From assembly GCA_002713705.1 (NCBI GenBank), contig PAUJ01000003.1:30677-62785 (forward strand): DNA of 32,109 nt, given 5' to 3'. The stretch comes from Flavobacteriaceae bacterium (GTDB lineage Bacteria; Bacteroidota; Bacteroidia; Flavobacteriales; Flavobacteriaceae). Shown in pieces: positions 25,314 to 32,109 of the stretch. The position numbers and the translations under genes are program-made. The notes beneath the pieces are model-generated. The model had not been told where the DNA came from and did not search any database. It was given only the letters and a program-made list of their open reading frames with translations. Numbering within the stretch: position 1 is the first letter of the stretch; the number at the start of each line of letters is the position of its first letter.

Positions 25314-25736
25314 ATGTTTTCTAAATCTAAAAAAGAATTTCGAAATGACGCTGAACAAAGAGAGCAATACGAATATGCTCGAAAGCGAATTCTTCAAAAA
25401 AAAGGTTTACTTTCTCATTTTATTTATTTTATTGTTGGTGCCATTTTATTGGCCATTATTAATTTAGCTTTAGGAGTTGGAAAGGAAATTACTCCAATAG
25501 GCTATCCTTGGTTTGTATGGACAATTGTAGCATGGGGGTTTTTATTTTTAATCCATGTTTTTAATGTTTTAATTAAAAATAAATTTATGGATAAAGAATG
25601 GGAAAATCATCAATTAGAAAAACTAAAAAAGCTACAGGAAGAAAAGATATCTGAATTAGACAAGAAAGCAGAAAAAGAAGTGATACAGAAACTAGAAGCT
25701 GAAAAAAAAACACTAGATTCGGAGGAAAAAATATGA
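25314..25736 (+). CDS. 2TM-domain membrane protein, function unknown
   Basis: YEYARKRI...HFIYFIVG...WFVW...WGFLFLIH...WE pattern of 2TM proteins; two hydrophobic segments and a charged coiled-coil tail; ATGA overlap with folA. Confidence 0.8.
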   Translation: MFSKSKKEFRNDAEQREQYEYARKRILQKKGLLSHFIYFIVGAILLAIINLALGVGKEITPIGYPWFVWTIVAWGFLFLIHVFNVLIKNKFMDKEWENHQLEKLKKLQEEKISELDKKAEKEVIQKLEAEKKTLDSEEKI

Positions 25737-26215
25737 TTACAATTATAGCTGCTGCTGGATCTAATAATGAACTAGGCAAAGACAACGATCTGGTTTGGCA
25801 TTTACCAAAAGACTTTAAACGATTTAAGAAATTAACTACTGGTCATCATATTATCATGGGACGAAAAACATTTCAATCGTTTCCAAAACCACTACCAAAT
25901 AGAGTACATATTGTTATTACACGTAATACCGATTACCATCCAGAAGGTGCTATTATTGTTCATTCCATGACTGAAGCATTGGAGATCTCAAAAAATGATT
26001 CTCAAATTTTTATTATTGGTGGAGGAGAGATCTATCAACTAGGAATGAAAATAGCAGATAAAATTGAATTAACCCGAGTGAATAGTTCATTTGATGCAGA
26101 TACTTTTTTTCCTGAAATCCCTTCAGAGGATTGGAAGCTTATTTCTGAAGAATTCCATTTGAAAGATGAAAAACATAAATTTGATTTTTCTTATCAAACC
26201 TTTGTTAGCAACTAA
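25733..26215 (+). CDS. folA: Dihydrofolate reductase
   Basis: LVWHLPKDFKRFK, IMGRKTF, PLPNR, IIGGGEIY, ADTFFP. Confidence 0.96.
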   Translation: MITIIAAAGSNNELGKDNDLVWHLPKDFKRFKKLTTGHHIIMGRKTFQSFPKPLPNRVHIVITRNTDYHPEGAIIVHSMTEALEISKNDSQIFIIGGGEIYQLGMKIADKIELTRVNSSFDADTFFPEIPSEDWKLISEEFHLKDEKHKFDFSYQTFVSN

Positions 26216-26240
26216 ACTTTATAAAATTTAATTAATAAAT

Positions 26241-26248
26241 TATTTTTG
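26241..26248 (+). promoter_or_regulatory. Possible -7 promoter element for fabD
   Basis: TATTTTTG, 74 nt upstream of the ATG. Confidence 0.45.
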
Positions 26249-26322
26249 AATCGAATTAAGAACAATAATCATCTTAAAGAAATAAAGATTTACAAACTCC
26301 AATAATAAAATAATACAAACAG

Positions 26323-27210
26323 ATGAACGCATATATTTTTCCAGGACAAGGAGCACAATTTACAGGAATGGGATTGAACCTATACGAAAAGTCTTCCAAA
26401 GCAAAAGAATTGTTTCATCAAGCTAATGAACTTTTAGGTTTTGACATCACTAAAATAATGTTTGAGGGCACAGTGGAAGCATTAAAAGAAACTAAAGTAA
26501 CCCAACCTGCAATATTTTTACACTCTACTATTTTAGCTGAAGTATTGGGCGAATCATTTCAACCAGATATGGTTGCTGGCCATTCTTTAGGTGAAATATC
26601 CGCTTTAGTTGCAAATAAAACCTTGAGCTTTAAGGATGGACTTCTTTTGGTATCAAAAAGAGCTCAAGCAATGCAAAAAGCTTGTGAAGTAACACCTTCT
26701 ACGATGGCAGCAGTGTTAAGTTTAGAAGATGCTGTTGTTGAAAAAATATGTACAGAAACCCCTGGTATTGTGGTAGCGGCAAATTATAATTGTCCCGGCC
26801 AATTAGTGATTTCAGGAGAAGTAAACGCTATCCATTTAGCATGTGAAGCCATGAAGGAAGCTGGAGCAAGAAGAGCATTGGTTTTACCAGTAGGCGGAGC
26901 CTTTCATAGCCCTCTTATGGAGCCAGCAAGAGAAGAATTGGCTGCAGCTATAGAAAATACTCCTTTTACAAATCCTGCATGTCCTATTTATCAAAATGTA
27001 AGTACTACCGCGGTTATTGATCCTTCAGAAATTAAAAAGAATTTAGTTTCTCAATTAACTGCACCTGTAAAATGGACTCAAAGCATGCAACAAATGATTG
27101 CAGATGGAGCTACTCATTTTATTGAGGTAGGACCCGGAAATGTATTGCAAGGTCTAATGCGGAAGATAGATAGAAGTCTAACTACTAGTGCCGCTTCATT
27201 TGAACTCTAA
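26323..27210 (+). CDS. fabD: Malonyl-CoA:ACP transacylase
   Basis: FPGQGAQ, TQPAI, GHSLGE, ANYNCPGQLVISG, AFHS. Confidence 0.96.
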   Translation: MNAYIFPGQGAQFTGMGLNLYEKSSKAKELFHQANELLGFDITKIMFEGTVEALKETKVTQPAIFLHSTILAEVLGESFQPDMVAGHSLGEISALVANKTLSFKDGLLLVSKRAQAMQKACEVTPSTMAAVLSLEDAVVEKICTETPGIVVAANYNCPGQLVISGEVNAIHLACEAMKEAGARRALVLPVGGAFHSPLMEPAREELAAAIENTPFTNPACPIYQNVSTTAVIDPSEIKKNLVSQLTAPVKWTQSMQQMIADGATHFIEVGPGNVLQGLMRKIDRSLTTSAASFEL

Positions 27211-27215
27211 CTACT

Positions 27216-28226
27216 TTATTTTAAACTTTCCTGCCACTTCCATGAACTAGCCAATGCTTCTTCTAAACCTAATTTAGCTTTCCAACCTAATTCATTATTG
27301 GCTAAACTAGTGTCTGCATAAGCTGAAGTTACATCTCCTGGACGTCTGTCTACTATTTTATAATCCACTTTTTTATTCGTAGCTTTTTCAAAAGCATTTA
27401 TGACATCCAGCACGGAACTTCCTTTTCCAGTTCCGATATTAAAAAACTCAAATTTTGCTTTGTTTTTATTTTTTAACAATCTATTTAAGGCTATAATATG
27501 AGCTTTTGCTAAATCTACAACATGAATATAATCGCGAACTGCAGTGCCATCGGGAGTGTTATAATCATCACCAAAAACAGAGAGACATTCTCTAATTCCA
27601 GCTGCAGTTTGCACTACAAATGGAATTAAATTTTGAGGAACTCCTAAAGGTAATTCGCCAATTTTAGCGGTTTCATGTGCTCCAATCGGATTAAAATAAC
27701 GCAATGCAATTGCCTTTAATGCAGTTACTTTTGTAGTGTCCTCAATAATAATTTCACCCATTTTTTTTGTAGCGCCATAAGGAGATTCTGCAGGTTTTGT
27801 AGGTGCATTTTCCGTAATTGGCAATTCATCTGCTTGGCCATAAACTGTGCAAGAAGAACTGAAAATAAAATTAGCCACCTTGTTCGCAATCATTTCCTTT
27901 AGTACGTAGGTTAATGTTGTAATGTTATTTTCATAATACTTTAATGGCTCATTCACACTTTCACCTACCGCCTTTGAAGCCGCAAAATGAATTACCCCAT
28001 CAATGGAATAGTTTTTAAAGAATTGCTCAACTGCTTGTTTATTTTTTAAATCTATTTCTTCAAAATCAGGTTTAATTCCAGTAATAGAGGTAATCCTACT
28101 TAAAACCTCTTTGGAAGAATTGGAAAGATCATCGATAATTACAACCTCAAAACCTGTTTTTTGTAATTCAACTACGGTATGGGAACCAATATATCCTAAA
28201 CCTCCAGTTACCAATATTTTTTTCAT
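27216..28226 (-). CDS. galE: UDP-glucose 4-epimerase
   Basis: TGGLGYIGSH, HFAASKAVGES, SSSCTVYG, YGATK, LRYFNPIGAH, RDYIHV. Confidence 0.95.
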   Translation of the reverse strand: MKKILVTGGLGYIGSHTVVELQKTGFEVVIIDDLSNSSKEVLSRITSITGIKPDFEEIDLKNKQAVEQFFKNYSIDGVIHFAASKAVGESVNEPLKYYENNITTLTYVLKEMIANKVANFIFSSSCTVYGQADELPITENAPTKPAESPYGATKKMGEIIIEDTTKVTALKAIALRYFNPIGAHETAKIGELPLGVPQNLIPFVVQTAAGIRECLSVFGDDYNTPDGTAVRDYIHVVDLAKAHIIALNRLLKNKNKAKFEFFNIGTGKGSSVLDVINAFEKATNKKVDYKIVDRRPGDVTSAYADTSLANNELGWKAKLGLEEALASSWKWQESLK

Positions 28227-28227
28227 G

Positions 28228-29388
28228 CTAATTGTTTTTTAAAAAATCAATAACCGTTGAAGTTATAAAATCGATTTGTTCATCCTCCAATTCTGTGTGC
28301 ATAGGCAATGAAATAACTTCTTTTATTAATTGATTGGTCACTTTAAAGTTTTCTTCTTTATACCTATCATCTATATATGCTTTTTGCAAATGCAATGGAA
28401 TTGGATAATAAACACCACAAGGAATTCCATTTTTATTTAAATGTGCAGCTAGCGCATCTCTATCAGCATTTATAATTTTTAAGGTATATTGATGGTATAC
28501 GTGTAAATTGCATTTTTCTTTATTTTCTATAGAACAGTCGCAAAAACAACCAGGAGTAATTACCCCATCAATTCCTTGAAAAGCCTTTGCATATTTTGAG
28601 GCTGCCAATCGCCTAGCATCATTATAGGCATCTAAATTTGGAAGCTTAGCCCTTAAAACTGCAGCTTGAATTGAATCCAACCTTGAATTTACTCCTACTA
28701 CATCATGATGGTACCTTATATACATTCCGTGGTTTACAATACCCCTAATTGTGTAAGCCAAATCATCATCATTTGTAAAAATAGCACCACCATCTCCATA
28801 ACAACCCAAATTTTTAGAAGGGAAAAATGAGGTAGAAGCTACGTGTCCTATCGTACCCGTTTTCTTTTTAGTGCCATCTTTTGAGGCATAATATCCACCA
28901 ATACCCTGAGCATTATCTTCAATTACAAATAAGTTATGCTCATTTGCTAATTTCATAATCTCATCCATATTTGCAGCTAAACCAAATAAATGTACAGGCA
29001 CTATTGCCTTGGTGTTTGGAGTAATTGCATTTTTAATAGCATTTACATCAATATTAAATGTAATAGGATCTACATCGACTAAAACAGGTGTTAATCCCAA
29101 TAGAGCAATAACCTCAACAGTTGCAGCAAAAGTAAAATCGGCCGTTATTACTTCATCGCCAGGTTTTAAACCTAAACCCATCATAGCTATCTGTAATGCG
29201 TCTGTACCATTGGCACAAGGAATCACATGTTTAACTTCTAAATACGCTTCTAATTCTTTTTGAAAAGCATGAACTTCTGGACCATTTATAAAAGCAGTTG
29301 TTTCAATTACGTTTAAAATGGATGCATCTACTTGATCCTTTATTCTATTATATTGACCTTTAAGGTCAACCATTTGTATTTTTTTCAT
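28228..29388 (-). CDS. DegT/DnrJ/EryC1/StrS-family nucleotide-sugar aminotransferase
   Basis: NGTDALQIA, PVHLFG, EDNAQ, SFFPSKNLGCYGDGG (PLP Lys), NSRLDSIQAA, SLPMH. Confidence 0.92.
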   Translation of the reverse strand: MKKIQMVDLKGQYNRIKDQVDASILNVIETTAFINGPEVHAFQKELEAYLEVKHVIPCANGTDALQIAMMGLGLKPGDEVITADFTFAATVEVIALLGLTPVLVDVDPITFNIDVNAIKNAITPNTKAIVPVHLFGLAANMDEIMKLANEHNLFVIEDNAQGIGGYYASKDGTKKKTGTIGHVASTSFFPSKNLGCYGDGGAIFTNDDDLAYTIRGIVNHGMYIRYHHDVVGVNSRLDSIQAAVLRAKLPNLDAYNDARRLAASKYAKAFQGIDGVITPGCFCDCSIENKEKCNLHVYHQYTLKIINADRDALAAHLNKNGIPCGVYYPIPLHLQKAYIDDRYKEENFKVTNQLIKEVISLPMHTELEDEQIDFITSTVIDFLKNN

Positions 29389-29516
29389 GCGCCTATAATT
29401 ATTATTATTTAATGGGCATATGCTGTTCGCTACTATTCAAGTATATGAGTGTGTAAAAATAATATACTCGTTTAAACGTTTCGCCCTAAAGCCTTTAATT
29501 ATTACAAAATAAAGTA

Positions 29517-29524
29517 CAAAATTA
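29517..29524 (-). promoter_or_regulatory. Possible promoter for the degT-galE operon
   Basis: TAATTTTG on the minus strand, with TTG (29545-29547) 20 nt upstream. Confidence 0.5.
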
Positions 29525-29592
29525 CAAAATTTGAAATCGACAAACAATGTAATTCCATAAAGAAACGTATTTTAGCAGTATAGTACCATCTG

Positions 29593-30846
29593 ATGCATTT
29601 ATTATATAATTTTTCAATATTTATAACCAGTAAGCTAATTTTGCTAACTACTTTTTTTAGTAAAAAAATGAGTCTGTTTGTTGATGGCAGAAAAAAAGTT
29701 TTTAATACCCTAAAAGAAACCATTCATCCTAATGATAAAACCATTTGGTTTCATTGCGCATCTTTAGGAGAATATGAACAAGGTGTTCCTATCATGGAAA
29801 AAACAAAAGAGTTATTTCCTGACCATAAATTAATTGTCACCTTTTTCTCCCCTTCAGGCTTTGAAGTAAAAAAAAACACAACTCTTGCGAACATTGTTCT
29901 TTATTTACCAATTGACACGATGTCAAACGCAAAAAAATTCATTGAATTAGCACATCCTTCATTAGCCATTTTTATTAAATATGAGTTTTGGCCCAATTAT
30001 TTAATTCAATTAAAAGAAAAAAATATACACACATTTTTGGTTTCAGGACTGTTTAGAAAAGAACAGATCTTTTTTAAACCCCATGGAGTTTTTATGAGAA
30101 AAGTATTAAATAGTTTTGATCATTTTTTTGTTCAAGATGAAACTTCAAAGGAATTATTAAACAATATTAACATCAAAGAAGCTACTGTTAGTGGTGACAC
30201 TAGATTTGATCGTGTTAGTAATCAATTACTGCAAGATAACACCTTAGCGTTTATTTCAGAATTCAAACAAAATAATCTATGTATTGTTTGCGGAAGTACC
30301 TGGCCTGAAGATGAAGCTGTTTTAATTGACTACATCAATAAAGCTCCAGACCATGTGAAGTTTATAATTGCGCCTCATGAAATAAATACTTCTAAAATTG
30401 AATCATTTAGAAAAAATATTCAACAAAAAAGCAGCTTGTTTTCAACAAAGAAATCAACTAATATATCTCAATACAATGTGCTTATTATAGATACGGTGGG
30501 TTTACTAACAAAAATTTATTCGCATGCTGATATTGCTTATATAGGTGGCGGGATGGGCGATACCGGATTGCATAATATTTTAGAACCTGCCACATTTGGA
30601 GTTCCAATCGTAATTGGCAATCGTTTTGAAAAATTCCCAGAGGCTAAAGAGCTAAGAGAACTGAAAGGATTGTTTTCAATTTCAAATGCTACTGAATGTT
30701 CTAAAACACTAGAAAAGCTCGTAACTGACAAAAACACTAGAATAAAATCGGGTAAAATAGCTAAGAAATTTATCGAAAACAACAAAGGAGCTACTAAAAT
30801 AATAATGAATTACATCAAACAATTAAAAGGCAAATCCCTTATCTAA
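29593..30846 (+). CDS. waaA: 3-deoxy-D-manno-octulosonic acid (Kdo) transferase
   Basis: IWFHCASLGE, YLPID, YEFWPN, GDTRFD, GSTWPEDE, HNILEPA. Confidence 0.94.
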   Translation: MHLLYNFSIFITSKLILLTTFFSKKMSLFVDGRKKVFNTLKETIHPNDKTIWFHCASLGEYEQGVPIMEKTKELFPDHKLIVTFFSPSGFEVKKNTTLANIVLYLPIDTMSNAKKFIELAHPSLAIFIKYEFWPNYLIQLKEKNIHTFLVSGLFRKEQIFFKPHGVFMRKVLNSFDHFFVQDETSKELLNNINIKEATVSGDTRFDRVSNQLLQDNTLAFISEFKQNNLCIVCGSTWPEDEAVLIDYINKAPDHVKFIIAPHEINTSKIESFRKNIQQKSSLFSTKKSTNISQYNVLIIDTVGLLTKIYSHADIAYIGGGMGDTGLHNILEPATFGVPIVIGNRFEKFPEAKELRELKGLFSISNATECSKTLEKLVTDKNTRIKSGKIAKKFIENNKGATKIIMNYIKQLKGKSLI

Positions 30847-31603
30847 GACTATTTATTTGTCCCTTTAAGTCTTCCATAGATTGTTGTAATTCTTTAAGTA
30901 AATTACTACCTGAAGGTTCATCAATCCCAAAAGTAAGTTTGCTATTAACTTGCCATAACTCTTGAATATCAACAATATTAACTTCAATGGGTAGATACTC
31001 CTCATTTAAAGATATTAATCTAATTTTTGATGAATCATTTGTTTTTTGAAGCTTCTTTACTAAAACAGAATCATGAAGCACTACAATATAAATCTTATTA
31101 TCTGATGCTTCAGTAACATTAGATACTGAGCGTCCTAAAACCCAATCGTTGGGATGAATATTAGGTAACATACTATCTCCTTCAACCTGAAAGCCTCTAT
31201 ACGTAGCATTTCTATATTCTGGTAAAGGGAAATTAAAAATAGGTAAGGTTTGATACCAATCTACATCTTGAATATTATGCGGATAACCCGCAGCAGCTTT
31301 TTGATTGACCAATACAATAGTTTCTGTATTGTCTTCTTTTATGGTGATCACTTTCGGACTTACATCCCTTCCGTTAATAACAACATATTGTTGAAAGCTT
31401 TCTCCAAATAGCCAAAGCGGATTGATTTGAAAATCTTTTAAAAGCCTCATTATCGCCTTTCCTGGAATTTTTGTTTTACCTCGCTCAATGTCAACAGTAC
31501 TTAGTCCAATATCCAATAACTCTGCAAAAGATTGTTGGGTATAATTTTGCTCTTCCCTAACTTTTTTAAAACGCTTTGCCTCTATTTTTAGTTCTTTATC
31601 CAT
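30839..31603 (-). CDS. XRE-HTH + S24 peptidase repressor (non-canonical LexA/CI-like)
   Basis: N-terminal XRE HTH (TQQSFAELLDIG...IERGK), Ala-Gly cleavage site (KAAAGYP), catalytic Ser (GDSM) and Lys (VKKL). Start moved from the track's TTG at 31636 to ATG at 31603. Confidence 0.88.
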   Translation of the reverse strand: MDKELKIEAKRFKKVREEQNYTQQSFAELLDIGLSTVDIERGKTKIPGKAIMRLLKDFQINPLWLFGESFQQYVVINGRDVSPKVITIKEDNTETIVLVNQKAAAGYPHNIQDVDWYQTLPIFNFPLPEYRNATYRGFQVEGDSMLPNIHPNDWVLGRSVSNVTEASDNKIYIVVLHDSVLVKKLQKTNDSSKIRLISLNEEYLPIEVNIVDIQELWQVNSKLTFGIDEPSGSNLLKELQQSMEDLKGQINSLR

Positions 31604-31606
31604 TCT

Positions 31607-31636
31607 CAAATATACAATAAAATGGAAAATTTCCAA
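31607..31636 (-). promoter_or_regulatory. Promoter of the LexA-like gene: TTG-N19-TATATTTG
   Basis: TTG at 31634-31636, 19-nt spacer, TATATTTG at 31607-31614; fits the Flavobacterium -33/-7 consensus. Confidence 0.75.
31624..31634. promoter_or_regulatory. GGA-N5-TCC box 1 (Bacteroidota SOS-box candidate)
   Basis: GGA-AAATT-TCC inside the -33/-7 spacer. Confidence 0.78.
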
Positions 31637-31646
31637 TAGTTAATAT

Positions 31647-31657
31647 GGATTATTTCC
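31647..31657. promoter_or_regulatory. GGA-N5-TCC box 2 (Bacteroidota SOS-box candidate)
   Basis: GGA-TTATT-TCC within ATGGATTATTTCCAT, 23 bp centre-to-centre from box 1. Confidence 0.75.
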
Positions 31658-31959
31658 ATTTTTTATAAATATAGTGATTATAAAATAGGTAAATATTGCT
31701 ACTTTAATTCTACTTATTTTCAAATTCAGGTTCAATGAATTAGCAAGACAATTTATGGCTAAATATGATTGTTTTTAATTCTTAATATTAGCAAAATAAT
31801 TAATATTTAGTGGTGTGTACGTCCTACTTAATAAGTAAATTAAATAATGAATCAATTGATTTAAAGCGCAATAAGACCAAAGAAATTAATGAAATATATA
31901 GTCGCAATTTATATATATTAAATTAAATAATATTTTATTATATTTTTTACTAAAAACAC

Positions 31960-31989
31960 TTTGATGTTGTTTTAAAAGTTTTAAATTTG
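31960..31989 (+). promoter_or_regulatory. Promoter of tRNA-Gly: TTTG-N18-TAAATTTG
   Basis: Both -33 and -7 consensus elements present, 37 nt upstream of the tRNA. Confidence 0.7.
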
Positions 31990-32026
31990 CAACCGCTTTG
32001 ACACATAAAGCTATGTTCATTTAATT

Positions 32027-32099
32027 GCGAAAATAGCTCAGTTGGTAGAGCGCCACCTTGCCAAGGTGGAGGTCGCGGGTTCGAATCCCGTTTTTCGCT
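32027..32099 (+). tRNA. tRNA-Gly(GCC); CCA not encoded
   Basis: Acceptor stem GCGAAAA/TTTTCGC, D-arm GCTCAGTTGGTAGAGC, anticodon arm CCACC-TTGCCAA-GGTGG, T-arm GCGGG-TTCGAAT-CCCGT, discriminator U. Confidence 0.97.
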
Positions 32100-32109
32100 C
32101 GATTCGAAT

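Noticed and set aside
965-31000. Short opposite-strand ORFs in the track (e.g. 965-1315, 2584-2775, 3762-4034, 7014-7211, 13836-14132, 14943-15227, 19091-19315, 20318-20683, 21017-21427, 23246-23749, 29009-29263, 30537-30785)
   Set aside because: All lie antisense inside well-supported genes, show no recognisable motifs and have the composition of shadow ORFs.
31660-31955. About 300-nt very AT-rich spacer as an sRNA or pseudogene
   Set aside because: I found only very short ORFs, no stable hairpin or terminator and no further GGA-N5-TCC box.
30839-32109. CI-like repressor next to a tRNA as a prophage or island remnant
   Set aside because: No integrase, phage genes or duplicated tRNA 3' end in view, and the neighbours are core genes. 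An element right of the tRNA cannot be excluded because the window ends there.

Overview
AT-rich chromosomal segment typical of Flavobacteriaceae (Bacteroidota); many intergenic regions carry the phylum's TAnnTTTG -7 promoter element. No transposase, integrase, prophage or CRISPR array is visible. From left to right: (1) a minus-strand phenylacetate catabolic operon, paaE-A-B-C-D-G-[PLP serine racemase/dehydratase-like gene]-H-I-J-Z (paaZ cut by the window edge), preceded by a TetR regulator, with a palindromic operator candidate just downstream of the paaE promoter; (2) acyl-ACP desaturase, a secreted hypothetical protein and deoxynucleoside kinase; (3) a K+-dependent membrane pyrophosphatase fused to a C-terminal YceI domain, soluble PPase, a DUF5686-type surface protein and pdhB; (4) etfB-etfA, DUF151/UVR nuclease, a CNT nucleoside transporter with an extra N-terminal exported domain, thyA, a 2TM protein, folA and fabD; (5) galE, a DegT-family aminotransferase and waaA; (6) an XRE/S24 non-canonical LexA-like repressor with two GGA-N5-TCC boxes at its own promoter, and tRNA-Gly(GCC). 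The best leads are the mPPase-YceI fusion, the PLP enzyme translationally coupled into the paa operon, the PaaR operator, the SOS boxes and the CNT fusion. All family assignments come from motifs I recognised by eye; no database searches were run.
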